Positions 8,788 through 18,150 of a stretch of DNA of 64,000 nucleotides are shown piece by piece (positions within the stretch are counted from its first letter, which is position 1; every line of letters starts with the position of its first letter). Source of the DNA: an uncultured delta proteobacterium (GTDB lineage: Bacteria > Myxococcota_A > Polyangia > Polyangiales > Polyangiaceae); contig CAWHDJ010000018.1 in assembly GCA_963827955.1 (NCBI GenBank), positions 1,309,297-1,373,296 of the forward strand, given 5' to 3'. Below the pieces are notes generated by a model, which saw only the letters and a list, made by a program, of their open reading frames with translations, was not told where the DNA came from and made no database searches. Position numbers and translations under genes: made by a program.

Positions 8788-8802
8788 GGGGCGGGCCCCG
8801 CA

Positions 8803-10158
8803 TCAGCGCCCGTCGACGAAGGTCTCGTACTTGCCGTTCGCCTGCCGCGGGATCGGGGCAGGCCCGGTGAACCTCAGCCGGAAGGGGTGGCCGAGCGCCT
8901 CCTGGATCCGCGCGCCGCTCGCCTGCTCCTCCTCGGGGCCCAGATCGCGCTCGCGCGTGAACCGCACCTCCATCGCGTCCGGCCCCTGCTGGATGACCTG
9001 AATCCACTCCACGTCGGGGATCGCGGCCCACAGCGCGCCCACGTCCGGCCACGCCCGGCGCCCGTCCGGCAGCGTGACCAAGTTTCGCCGCCGGCCGAGG
9101 AGCCGCTCGATCACCGGCAGCCCGCGCCCGCACGGGCAAGGCGCGCCCACCTCCGCGTAGTCTCCGATGGCGTACCGGATGAGCGGCATGGCGAAGTTGT
9201 GCAGGCTCGTCAGCACCACACGCCCGATCTCGCCGGGCCGCGCGGGTAGCCCCTCCTCGTCGAGGATCTCGACGAGGACCGATTCGGACTGCACGTGGTA
9301 GTGCTCGTGCCGCGGGCACTGGAGCGCGACGAAGCCCAGCTCCTCGCAGGAGTACACGTCGCGCACCGGCACGCCCCACGCCTCGCGGCAGGCCTCGCGT
9401 ACGTCCGGAGTCAGAGGCTCTCCGTACGTGTGTACGGCCCGGAGGCCGGGCAGGCGGATCTTCTCTCGCTGCGCGTACCGGGCGAGGGCGCGGGTGTTGC
9501 TGGGATACGAAAGGAGGTAGTGCGGGCGCCGGGCCTCGATCACCTCCATTTGCCGAGGGATCGGCATGAGATGATAGAGCACCGTCACCGGGCCCGTCTT
9601 GCAGACCACCGGCGACATGAGCCCCCAGCTCGGTAGATCCTGGACGGCGAGCGGGTCCGGCGCGTAGCGCCCGGAGCGGATGGCGACGAGCCGCCCGTCG
9701 AGATCTCGCTCGTGCCAGAGGTCGTCGCGGAGCGCGAGGGTCCGCCAGAACAGGCCGGTCACCTCCGTGCACACCACCTCGAGGGGCTCGCCCGTGGATC
9801 CCGAGGTCTTGTTCCGGTACGTCCTGCCGTGCGCGAGCGGGACGGCCCGGCTCTGGATCTCGTCGTGGTGCTCCCGGATGTCCTGCTTCGTGAGCAGGGG
9901 AATCCGCCGCCACGCATCCTTCGTCACGGGCCCATGTCCGTCGCAGCCGGCGGCCGCGAGCCGGCCCCCGTACCACGGCACGGTCGACGAAGCGTGCTCG
10001 AGGAGCTTCGCGAGCTGCCGAAGCTGGCGAGCCTCGATCTGCTCGGCAGGCAACCACTGGCTGCGTTCGAGCTGGAACTCCATGGAGAGGAGCGTCGAGT
10101 CCTCTCCCGTCACGATGGCAGGCCAGACGACCTCGGGGATACACGACCAGAGATTCAT
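8803..10158 (-). CDS. phenylacetate-CoA ligase (PaaK)/F390-synthetase family adenylate-forming enzyme
   Basis: C-terminal 451 aa of ORF 8803..11340(-), starting at ATG 10158 (MNLWSCIPEV). AMP-binding motif TSGSTGEP. It is in-frame with the upstream TetR region only because there is no stop codon between them. Confidence 0.8.
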   Translation of the reverse strand: MNLWSCIPEVVWPAIVTGEDSTLLSMEFQLERSQWLPAEQIEARQLRQLAKLLEHASSTVPWYGGRLAAAGCDGHGPVTKDAWRRIPLLTKQDIREHHDEIQSRAVPLAHGRTYRNKTSGSTGEPLEVVCTEVTGLFWRTLALRDDLWHERDLDGRLVAIRSGRYAPDPLAVQDLPSWGLMSPVVCKTGPVTVLYHLMPIPRQMEVIEARRPHYLLSYPSNTRALARYAQREKIRLPGLRAVHTYGEPLTPDVREACREAWGVPVRDVYSCEELGFVALQCPRHEHYHVQSESVLVEILDEEGLPARPGEIGRVVLTSLHNFAMPLIRYAIGDYAEVGAPCPCGRGLPVIERLLGRRRNLVTLPDGRRAWPDVGALWAAIPDVEWIQVIQQGPDAMEVRFTRERDLGPEEEQASGARIQEALGHPFRLRFTGPAPIPRQANGKYETFVDGR

Positions 10159-10283
10159 GTCACGATCACGCCTTCGCGAGCCCACGCGCAACATGGGCCG
10201 AGCCCGCCGCAGCGTCGATTGGGGGCCGCCCGCGCGAGGCGGGCGAACGTGGATTCGGGACGAAGGCAGAAAAGGGCGAGCGC

Positions 10284-11091
10284 TCAGCCCGAACGGCGCC
10301 GAGAGGTCGTGGGGCCCGCTCCGCGGGCCCGGGGTCCAGGGCTCGCTTGCGAGCCCGCCTGGCGAGGCGGGCCGCTTGCGGCCCCATCGTGACCGGTGCG
10401 CTCGGCGATGGGCTGCGCCGCGACGCCCGTGGCTCGGGTGACCGCGTCGTAGAGCACGAGCTTCAAGAGCTCCACCAGCTCCGCCTTCCCCACGTCGCGC
10501 CGTGCCACCCAGTCGATCGACGTCGCCTCCACGAACCCGATCCACCCGCGCAGCGCGATCCGCACGAGCGGCCCCGGGAAGCTCGGTGGGCATCCCCTCG
10601 AAGATGCGCTCCGCGAACGTGCTGCGCGTCTCCTCCAGGATGGCGGCGACCTCGGGATCCGAGCCGATGCCCCCGCGCATCAGCGCCACGTACGCCTTGC
10701 CGTGCCGCTCCACGAAGGCGAGGTACGTCCCGAGCCCGCGCCGCAGCCGCTCGTCCGGCGTCCCCGGGAGGACCATCGTCGTGTCCTCGAGGAGCCGCTT
10801 CGCCGCGTGCTCGAGCGCGGCCACGTAGAGGTCCCGCTTCGTCGGGAAGTAGTGGTAGAGCAGGCCCTTGGAGACGCCGGCCGCGCGCGCCAGGTCGTCA
10901 ATCGACACCTCGTCGTACGATCGCTCGCTGAACATGGCGAGCCCGAGCGAGAGGAGCTGGGCGCGGCGCTCGTCCACGTCGAGCCGCGCCCGCGGACCGC
11001 CTCCGCTCCTCTCCGGCGGGCGCTGCGAGGCGGGCTTCGCCGCCTCCCGCGTTCGCGGGCGGGGCGGCGGCGAGGACGCGCGTCGGGCCAT
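10284..11091 (-). CDS. TetR/AcrR family transcriptional regulator (apparent frameshift near 10560)
   Basis: The HTH VSIDDLARAAGVSKGLLYHYFPTKRDLY lies in ORF 8803..11340 from the M at 11091. The ligand-domain tail LRGWIGFVEATSIDWVARRDVGKAELVELLKLVLYDAVT lies in ORF 10284..10565(-). Confidence 0.7.
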
Positions 11092-11165
11092 GACCGCCGA
11101 GGATAAGCGGGTGGCAACGTTCAGGAAAGAACGGCGCACCGCGCAACGGGCGGGAGCTTTCCCTA

Positions 11166-11211
11166 TTGACCCCGGTTCAATAGCTCCTATCCTCTGTTGA
11201 ACCGGAGTCAA
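11166..11211. promoter_or_regulatory. palindromic candidate operator in the divergent TetR/hydrolase intergenic region
   Basis: TTGACCCCGGTTCAA-(16)-TTGAACCGGAGTCAA: 15-bp arms with one mismatch, ending 5 nt before the hydrolase ATG (11216). Confidence 0.45.
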
Positions 11212-11215
11212 CGAC

Positions 11216-12040
11216 ATGCTCGACCACACCGCTCCGCACGAACGCCGCATCCCGAAGCCCCGCACGCCCGGCGTCGACCTCGACACGCCCGTGCCGCGCC
11301 ACTGGTTCGCCGGCAACGCCGTGCTCACGCACGTCGCCAACGGCGTGAACCTCCTCTTCCCGGCGGGCGAGCGCTTCTTCGTCCGCTCGGTGAACCATTA
11401 CCTCGATCGGGTCACGGACCCCGTCCTCCGCGATCAGATCAAGGGCTTCTTCGGCCAGGAGGGGCGCCACGCCAAGGAGCACGAGCGCTTCTTCCGCCAG
11501 ATGGAGGCGCAGGGCTACGAGATCGACCGCTTCCTCCGCGTCTACGAGCGCATCGCCTACGGCTTCCTCGAGCGCGTCACCCCTCCGCCGGTGCGCCTCG
11601 CGGCCACGGCCGCGCTCGAGCACTTCACCGCCATCCTCGCGGAGAACGCGCTCTCGCACGGCCTCCTCGACCACGCGCACCCGACCATGCGCGCCCTGCT
11701 CCTCTGGCACGCCGCGGAGGAGATCGAGCACCGCGCCGTCGCCTTCGACGTCCTCCAGGTGGTGGCGCCGAGCTACGGCGTGCGCGTCGCCGGCCTCGCC
11801 ATCGGCGCCGCGTGCCTCGGCGGCTTCTGGGTCGCCGCCGCCGCGATGCTCCTCTGGCAGGAGCGGGGCCTCGACCCCGACCGCCTCGCCGCCGGCGCGC
11901 GCATCGTCGCCGATCACAACCGCCGTCACCCCGTCTTCCTGAAGGGGATCCGCGAGTACCTCGCGCCCAGCTTCCACCCTTCGCAGAAGGACACGGATCG
12001 CCTCGCCGCCGCGTACCTCGCCGGCGTGGGCCTCGCCTGA
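11216..12040 (+). CDS. predicted metal-dependent hydrolase (PF10118-like)
   Basis: Intact 274-aa ORF. His/Glu-rich motifs GQEGRHAKEHERFF and HAAEEIEHRAVAFD. Divergent from the TetR gene. Confidence 0.6.
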   Translation: MLDHTAPHERRIPKPRTPGVDLDTPVPRHWFAGNAVLTHVANGVNLLFPAGERFFVRSVNHYLDRVTDPVLRDQIKGFFGQEGRHAKEHERFFRQMEAQGYEIDRFLRVYERIAYGFLERVTPPPVRLAATAALEHFTAILAENALSHGLLDHAHPTMRALLLWHAAEEIEHRAVAFDVLQVVAPSYGVRVAGLAIGAACLGGFWVAAAAMLLWQERGLDPDRLAAGARIVADHNRRHPVFLKGIREYLAPSFHPSQKDTDRLAAAYLAGVGLA

Positions 12041-12052
12041 GAGGGCCTCTCC

Positions 12053-12620
12053 ATGCAGCGCCATCACGTCGCCATCATCGGCGCAGGCTTCGGCGGCATC
12101 GGCATGGCCATCCGCCTGAAGCAGGCGGGCTTTCACGACTTCACGCTGATCGAGAAGGACGACGGCGTGGGTGGCACCTGGCGGGCGAACCGCTATCCCG
12201 GCGCCGCGTGCGACATCGAGTCGCACCTGTACTCGTTCTCGTTCGAGCCCAACCCCCGCTGGTCGCGCACCTACGCGCCGCAGCGCGAGATCCTCGCGTA
12301 CCTGGAGCACTGCGCCGACGCGTACGGCATCCGCCCGCACCTCCGCGAGAAGACGTGCGTCACGTCCGCCACCTTCGACGAGCGCCGCGGCCTCTGGACG
12401 CTCGAGACGACCGGCGGCCCCGTGCAGGCGCGCGTCGTCGTCTTCGCCACCGGCGGCCTCAGCCGCCCGTCGGTCCCCGACATGCCCGGCCTCGAGACCT
12501 TCGCCGGCAAGACGTTCCACTCCGCGCGCTGGGACCACGACTTCCCGCTCGCGGGCAAGACCGTCGCCGTCATCGGCACGGGCGCGAGCGCCATCCAGTA
12601 CCGGACGGCGAGCGGCAAGA
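12053..12620 (+). pseudogene. flavin-containing/Baeyer-Villiger monooxygenase, N-terminal fragment only
   Basis: FAD motif IIGAGFGGIG and NADPH motif VIGTGASAIQ. The homology ends after ~190 codons and no continuation appears in any frame. The expected ~350 C-terminal residues are absent before the convergent esterase gene. Confidence 0.5.
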
Positions 12621-12755
12621 ACACCACGCTCTGGCCGGGCTTCACCTTCGAGTTCCGCCTGCGCACGCGCCGGTTCGACGCGGAGCGCTACGATCTGGTG
12701 CCCGATCGCGGGGAGGCCGATCGCGACGTGGGGCGGAGTCGCGTCGAGGCGGGGA

Positions 12756-14054
12756 CTAGGAGTGTGGATTCGCCCGCATGAACCCGAGCATCTCCGGCTC
12801 GTGGTCCACCCCGCCCTTGTCGTCGAGCCCGTCCGGCCAGCGCAGGTGGTTCGTCGTCCCGGTGACGAGCCCGCACGTCGACGCGCAGCTCGTCACCGGC
12901 ATCCCGTTGTCGTCGATGATGACATCCTGCACCGTCGAATCGCCGACGCCCGTCGCGCTCGTCAGCGTCGCCCTCCAGTCCTCCACGTCGTTCCCGGGCG
13001 GAAGCGAGCCGAGCTGAGCCGCGTCGCAGGGGACCAGCGCGTCGCACGATCGGTGGATGAGGAAGATCGGCGCCTCGGACTTCGGGTAAGGCATGAGCTG
13101 GCAGGGCAGGCTCGCCTCCGGCGTGTTGAACGGGTCCGCGCCCGCATACACCGCCGCGGCCGCGACGCGCGCGCCGCCCGGCGTCGCGGTCGTGAGGCGC
13201 GCCATCGCGTACATCTGGGCGAAGAAGGCGCCGTTGGACCAGCCCGTCACGTAGATCTGCGTGGGATCCACGTCCCCTTTGGCGACCAGCGTGTCGATCA
13301 GGTGATCGAGGCTGCGGACGTCGGGGTTCTCGCTCGGGCTCGCGAGGTCGCGGTAGAAGTAGTCGTGGTGCGGCCCGCCGGGGTTCGGCCCGAGCCAGTG
13401 AAGGTTGCGCCCCTGCACCGCCGCCACGATGAAGCCCGTGCGCGACGCGTCGGTGGAGAGCTGGAAGGTGTCCGACTTGGCGCGGAGCAGGGTGTAGTCG
13501 TAGAGGTCCTGCGCGCCGCCGTGGCTCCCGTGGAGGAAGACGACGAGGGGCAGCTTCGCGGCGCTGCTCGCGCCGCTCGGCGTGTGAACGCACGCGTAGC
13601 GCTGGTCACCGTTGGTGTCGTTCCAGGTGAGCGGCGCCCCATCGTCGAACATCGGATGGTCCGAAATCTTGGAGGTCGCGCACGTCGGCGGGTCGATCTC
13701 CGTGGTGACTTGCTTGGAGGCGGAGGTGAGGCCGGGGCACGCGTTCTCTGTGGTGCAGACGAGGAGCGGCCCGCACGCGCCCGTCTGCGGGTTGCACGTG
13801 GGCGCGCACGCAACGGGCCCAGTCGCCGAGCCCCCGCTCCCCGTGCTCGCGCTCGTACTCGTACTCGTGCCCGCGCTCGCGCTCGCGCTCGTAGTCGTGC
13901 TCGCGCTCGTAGTCGTGCTCGCGCTCGTACTCGTGCCCGTGCTCAATCCGCCGGGCCCGGACGAAGTGGTCGTGCCCGTGCCACCCCCGCAGCACACGAG
14001 CGCGAGCGCAGCAGCGCTCTCCACAAACACAAGAAGACGAGACGCGGTATGCAT
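12756..14054 (-). CDS. secreted esterase, PHB-depolymerase-like (Esterase_PHB) lipoprotein with Ser/Thr-rich linker
   Basis: ATG at 14054 (MHTASRLLVFVESAAALALVCCGG lipobox). S/T-rich linker. GWSNGA nucleophile elbow and LVVFLHGSHGG. Confidence 0.7.
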   Translation of the reverse strand: MHTASRLLVFVESAAALALVCCGGGTGTTTSSGPGGLSTGTSTSASTTTSASTTTSASASAGTSTSTSASTGSGGSATGPVACAPTCNPQTGACGPLLVCTTENACPGLTSASKQVTTEIDPPTCATSKISDHPMFDDGAPLTWNDTNGDQRYACVHTPSGASSAAKLPLVVFLHGSHGGAQDLYDYTLLRAKSDTFQLSTDASRTGFIVAAVQGRNLHWLGPNPGGPHHDYFYRDLASPSENPDVRSLDHLIDTLVAKGDVDPTQIYVTGWSNGAFFAQMYAMARLTTATPGGARVAAAAVYAGADPFNTPEASLPCQLMPYPKSEAPIFLIHRSCDALVPCDAAQLGSLPPGNDVEDWRATLTSATGVGDSTVQDVIIDDNGMPVTSCASTCGLVTGTTNHLRWPDGLDDKGGVDHEPEMLGFMRANPHS

Positions 14055-14135
14055 GGACGATCTCCGTGGTGCGCCGCCTCTCACGCGGGCGGCGTCTCCT
14101 GGTACGCGCCTTCGACCGCGGACCTGCCGCGCGCC

Positions 14136-14546
14136 CTACGGGCTCTCCTGTCGAATTTCCTTCTTCGACGCGGAGACCTTCGCGTCGACCTCGGCGGCGA
14201 GGCAATCCAGCTCCTTCTGCTGAGCGGGCGTGAGCAGGGCGCGCATCTCCGCGCGCTCCGCGGTGCGCGCGCGGCCGAGCTCCGGCTCCACCCGCCCCAT
14301 GAGCGCGAAGCGCTCGATCGAGTGCCGCTCCAGGATCGCCCGCGCCTCCACGCGCTGCTCCGCCGAGAGGCCGAGCGCTCGGTCGTAGATGAGGAGCCGG
14401 ACGCGCGCGTCGAACGTCGACGCCGGCCCGTCGATCACCTCGTGCACCGTGCGCGCCACGCGCAGCGCGACCAGGCTCCCGCCCGCCGCCCCGCCCAGCG
14501 CGAAGGTGCCGGCGAGCATCAGCGCCGCCCGCAGGCGAGGCCTCAT
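14136..14546 (-). CDS. periplasmic Spy/CpxP-like (LTxxQ motif) stress protein
   Basis: Signal peptide MRPRLRAALMLAGTFALGGAAG; LTPAQQKEL motif. It is the last gene of the ECF sigma operon. Confidence 0.6.
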   Translation of the reverse strand: MRPRLRAALMLAGTFALGGAAGGSLVALRVARTVHEVIDGPASTFDARVRLLIYDRALGLSAEQRVEARAILERHSIERFALMGRVEPELGRARTAERAEMRALLTPAQQKELDCLAAEVDAKVSASKKEIRQESP

Positions 14547-14812
14547 GGCATGCCCCCCGCGCGGTCGAGGAAGAGGAGCCGCCCCGTCACGTCGCGCGCC
14601 TCGCGCACGGCCAGCACCCCCGTGACCAGCGCCGCCGCGAGCCCGCCCGCGAGCGCCACCCGCCCCAGCGCGCCGAGCGCGTCGGCCAGCGACCCGGCGC
14701 CCCCCATGACCCGCTCCGCAACCTCGTCGGCGAAGCCCGCCCGCGGCACGACCCGCTCGGTCGCCCGGCGCCAGCGCGCGAGGTCCTCGTCGATGTCCTC
14801 AGGCTCCCTCAT
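14543..14812 (-). CDS. anti-sigma factor (single-TM)
   Basis: 89-aa ORF with a 4-bp overlap with both neighbours. C-terminal TM segment VALAGGLAAALVTGVLAV. Positioned between the ECF sigma gene and the periplasmic protein gene. Confidence 0.55.
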   Translation of the reverse strand: MREPEDIDEDLARWRRATERVVPRAGFADEVAERVMGGAGSLADALGALGRVALAGGLAAALVTGVLAVREARDVTGRLLFLDRAGGMP

Positions 14813-15314
14813 CCTGGTCTCCTCGCCGGAGCGCGGCGCGCGCGCGGATCAGGCGCTGCTCCACCGCGCCCTCCGAGCAGCCGAGCATCGCCGCCGCCTC
14901 CGCGTTCGACAACCCCTCGATCTGCGTGAGCACGAGCGCGGCCCGCTGCTCTGCCGGCAGCCGCTCGAGCCGCTCGCCCATCTCGCGCAGCGCGACCCGC
15001 GCCTCCGCGTCCACCGGCGCCGCCGGCGCGTCGGGCGCCGCCTCGTCGAGCGGCGTCCGGAGCCAGCGCCACCAGCGCTGCCGCGACTTGAGCCGGTTCA
15101 GCGAGGCGTTCACCACGATCCGGTACAGGTACGTGCCGGCCTGCGCCTCGCCCCGGAACGCCCCCGAAGAGAACGCCCCGTGGGCCTTTGCAAAGCTCTC
15201 CTGCAACACGTCCTCCGCGTCCGCTCCGTTGGCGAGCAGGCGCAGCGCGGTCCGGTACAAACGCGGCGCGTTCGCGTGTACCAGCGCCCGAAAATCGTCG
15301 CCGTCTCGTCCCAA
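14799..15314 (-). CDS. ECF-type RNA polymerase sigma-70 factor
   Basis: Sigma70 regions 2 and 4: YRTALRLLANGADAEDVLQESFAKA and LTQIEGLSNAEAAAMLGCSEGAVEQRLIRAR. Confidence 0.85.
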   Translation of the reverse strand: MGRDGDDFRALVHANAPRLYRTALRLLANGADAEDVLQESFAKAHGAFSSGAFRGEAQAGTYLYRIVVNASLNRLKSRQRWWRWLRTPLDEAAPDAPAAPVDAEARVALREMGERLERLPAEQRAALVLTQIEGLSNAEAAAMLGCSEGAVEQRLIRARAALRRGDQDEGA

Positions 15315-15484
15315 CCCGCGCTCCTGCCGACCTTCTCCCGGCCACCGTACCCGCTTCGACAGGGCAACCCGACCGCTCCCTACGGGGGCCGCTCAGTTTT
15401 TGCGCGAAGGCCGCTGAAGTGCCCCACGGTACGACTTGACGCCCGCGCGCGCTCGCTCTTCCGTTCGCCGGCAGAGGTCACCCG

Positions 15485-16024
15485 ATGCTCCCTGCACGAA
15501 CCAAGCTCCCCGCCCTCCTGGCCGTCCTCCTCGCCACCCTCCTCGCCGCCACCTTTGCCTTCGGCGACGACTGGACGCTGACCGGCTCGGGCATCCGGGT
15601 GAAGACGATCGCCTTCGTCGACATCAACGTCTACGCCATCTCGCACTACATGAAGCAGCTCCCGCCCTCGAAGTCGAAGCAGGCGGTCATCGAGATGGAC
15701 ACGGGCAAGAAGTTCGTGTGGACGATGAAGCGCGACGTGGATCAGGACAAGATCCAGAACGCGCTCAAGGACGCCTTCGCCATGAACGGCTACTCCGACG
15801 CCGGGAAGATCGGGCAGTTCACCGGGGCCTTCAAGGGGGACCTCAAGGAGAAGGCGACGGTGACGATCGTCTACGACTCCGACAAGAAGGAGACGAGCGT
15901 CTCGACGCCGAGCGGCTCTGCCACCGTGGGCGGGGTCGACTTCATGAAGGCCGTGTGGAGCGTGTGGTTCGGGAAGATCGACCAGCCCAGCCTCGGGGAC
16001 CAGCTCATCGGCAAGATCCCCTGA
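15485..16024 (+). CDS. secreted chalcone-isomerase-like domain protein
   Basis: Intact 179-aa ORF with signal peptide MLPARTKLPALLAVLLATLLAATFA. Chalcone_3-like pattern (IRVKTIAFVDINVYAISHYM ... FMKAVWSVWFG). Confidence 0.55.
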   Translation: MLPARTKLPALLAVLLATLLAATFAFGDDWTLTGSGIRVKTIAFVDINVYAISHYMKQLPPSKSKQAVIEMDTGKKFVWTMKRDVDQDKIQNALKDAFAMNGYSDAGKIGQFTGAFKGDLKEKATVTIVYDSDKKETSVSTPSGSATVGGVDFMKAVWSVWFGKIDQPSLGDQLIGKIP

Positions 16025-16027
16025 TCG

Positions 16028-16816
16028 TCACTCGGCGGACGCGTCCGCGATGGACGCGTCGTCGGTAGCCGCGTCGCCCGTGCCCGCGTCGTTGGTGGCC
16101 GCGCCGCCGGTGCCCGCGCCGCTGGTGGCCGCACCGCCGGTGCCCGCGCCGCTGGTGGTCGCGCCGCTGGTGGCCGCACCGCCGGTGCCCGCGCCGCTGG
16201 TGGTCGCACCGCCGGTGCCCGCGCCGCTGGTGGTCGCCCCCCCCGTGCCTGCGCCGCCGGTGCCCGTGGCGTCGGTGCCCGCGTCCGCGCTCGTGCAGAG
16301 CGGCGGCAGCGGCTCGCACATGCACGTGGGGCTGCACACGATGTCGCCGGGGCTCACGGCGAGGTTGGGGCACGTGAGGCACTTGAAGGGGTGGAAACCG
16401 GCGCAGAAGCCCATCGCCCCCTGGGCGTCAATCTGCGCCTGCGTGACGCAAGGGCCGAAGCCGCCGACGCCGCCGCTGCTGCTGCTACTGCTCGCCGAGC
16501 TCGCGCCGCCCGTCGCCCCGACCCCGCTCCCTCCGAACCCGGAGGTCCCACCGAACCCGGAGCTCCGCCGGACCCGCTGGTCGACCCGACCCCGGCGGCC
16601 CCGCCCACGCCCGGCCCGGTGGTGCTGCTGGCGACCGTGCTCGTGACGGACCCGCTCGCGATCCCCGTGCTGCTGGTCACGGCGGGGCCGGAGCCGCCTC
16701 CGCCGCCCACGCCGCCGAGGTCGTTGCCCTGCGCGCAGCTCCACACCGTGTAGAGCAGGAAGGGCCACAACACTGCGGCGATCCTGGTGCGTGTGCGCGT
16801 GCCTGTCTGGGACCAC
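16028..16816 (-). CDS. secreted Gly/Ser-rich protein with Cys-rich domain and (GAGTGGA[AT]TS)n C-terminal repeats (apparent frameshift)
   Basis: The GTG-start signal peptide VKWSQTGTRTRTRIAAVLWPFLLYTVWSCAQG is in the ORF 16354..17103 frame. The Cys-rich domain (GPCVTQAQIDAQGAMGFCAGFHPFKCLTCPNLAVSPGDIVCSPTCMCEP) and the repeats are in the ORF 16028..17209 frame. Confidence 0.5.
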   Translation of the reverse strand: MVPDRHAHTHQDRRSVVALPALHGVELRAGQRPRRRGRRRRLRPRRDQQHGDRERVRHEHGRQQHHRAGRGRGRRGRVDQRVRRSSGFGGTSGFGGSGVGATGGASSASSSSSSGGVGGFGPCVTQAQIDAQGAMGFCAGFHPFKCLTCPNLAVSPGDIVCSPTCMCEPLPPLCTSADAGTDATGTGGAGTGGATTSGAGTGGATTSGAGTGGAATSGATTSGAGTGGAATSGAGTGGAATNDAGTGDAATDDASIADASAE

Positions 16817-16904
16817 TTCACGGAATCGACCTCCGAACGAGCGGCGGAGGGTACCACGGGGGTGTGACATTTTGCGCTCCGTCTTCGCAATCGATCTGCT
16901 GGGA

Positions 16905-17110
16905 TTGTAAAGGCCCACGCCGTTACGAGGGGCGCGGTCGTCGCTGCGGGAGGTGGGCTCCTCGCACCGATGGGTGCGGTCGTCGTTGCGGGAGGTGGGC
17001 TCCTCGCACCGATGGGCGCGGTCCTCGTTGCGGGAGGTGGGCTCCTCGCACCGATGGGCGCGGTCGTCGTTGCGGGAGGTGAGCTCCTCGCACCGATGGG
17101 CACGGTCCTC
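16905..17110. repeat. 42-bp tandem repeat x ~5 (intergenic)
   Basis: Unit ggtcgtcgttgcgggaggtgggctcctcgcaccgatgggcgc, repeated with few substitutions. All six frames are open across it. It lies between the methyltransferase gene end (17256) and the secreted-protein gene start (~16816). Confidence 0.8.
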
Positions 17111-17255
17111 GCGACGCGGGGCGCGATCCTCGTGAAAGGAGGTGCGCTCCCCGTCCCGATGCGCGCAGGCCCCGCCGAACGATTGGGTAGTGTCGAAAAG
17201 GCCCCTCACCCCAGATAAGGAGTATGGAGGACGGCGAGGTGCTACGGCGTCTCCT

Positions 17256-17957
17256 TCACGCCGCGGTCACCGCCGAGGCCCTGGCGGGCGGCGTGTGCGC
17301 GACGTCGTGCCCCTCCGCAACCTTGTCGAGGACGAAGTACCCGGTGTTGCCGTACTGGCTGTAGAACACGCCGGGCGCGTGTCGGCGGGCGTAGCCGTGC
17401 CGGCGGAACGTCTCCGTCCACCAGCTCTCGGGCTGCACGTTCACGTGGGTCGGGTCGTTGTACGCGCTCTGGCCGCGCTCGCTGACGGCGATGATGTGCA
17501 CCATCCGCCCCTTCCCGACACGATCCCACTCGTCGATGCAGCGGTCGATGGTGGATCCGTCGATGTGCTCGAGGACCTCGCGCGAGACCACGAGATCGAA
17601 CCAGTCGTCCGGGTACGGGAGCTTGCCGGAGTCCTCGACCAGCGTGCAGTGGGACGGAGCCAGGTTGTTGCGGATCGCGGCCTCGTTGACGTCGATGCCA
17701 ACGACGTCGTAGCCCAGCGCGGCCATCTCGCCGGCGAGGAGGCCGACCCCGCAGCCGATGTCGAGGACCCTCCAGCCGCGGGGCTTGACCGTCTCGCCGA
17801 TCATGCACGTCTTGGCGACGTAGCGGTAGTAGCGCCGCTGCAAGAAGCCGAACGGGGAACGTAGGAGCCTCAGGTGGTTCTTCTGGAAGTACTCGTCACC
17901 GCACTCCTTGATCCGGCGCGTGTACAAGCTCTCGAGCCAATTGAGGAAACGGAGCAT
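17256..17957 (-). CDS. class I SAM-dependent methyltransferase
   Basis: Intact 233-aa ORF. Motif I VLDIGCGVGLL; acidic post-I residue (DVVGIDVNE). Confidence 0.8.
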   Translation of the reverse strand: MLRFLNWLESLYTRRIKECGDEYFQKNHLRLLRSPFGFLQRRYYRYVAKTCMIGETVKPRGWRVLDIGCGVGLLAGEMAALGYDVVGIDVNEAAIRNNLAPSHCTLVEDSGKLPYPDDWFDLVVSREVLEHIDGSTIDRCIDEWDRVGKGRMVHIIAVSERGQSAYNDPTHVNVQPESWWTETFRRHGYARRHAPGVFYSQYGNTGYFVLDKVAEGHDVAHTPPARASAVTAA

Positions 17958-18150
17958 GGCGACGTCCTTTCACCCCCCGAGCCGAAACAACCGGAGCGTT
18001 CGGGGCGTATCAAACGACGCGTCGCAGGGCAATGAGGGCGGTGCGGCGACGGCTGCGGCGCGCGCACGACGTGTTGCGCAAATACCCTTCGAAATCGCGC
18101 TCGGGACGCGCAGTGACGAGGCACTGCGCGGCAGGCGATTTGCCCCAACG

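Noticed and set aside
10159-11340. TetR N-terminal region in-frame with the PaaK-like enzyme (845-aa ORF)
   Set aside because: The TetR C-terminal domain is in a different frame (ORF 10284..10565), and the PaaK-like domain has its own ATG at 10158. The long ORF is a read-through lacking a stop codon, not a regulator-enzyme fusion.
16864-17218. Short ORFs with perfect 14-aa periodic repeats (e.g. GRRCGRWAPRTD x4; SSHRWARSSLREVG x4)
   Set aside because: All six frames show the same periodicity because the DNA is a 42-bp tandem repeat. No start or RBS context. Located in an intergenic gap.
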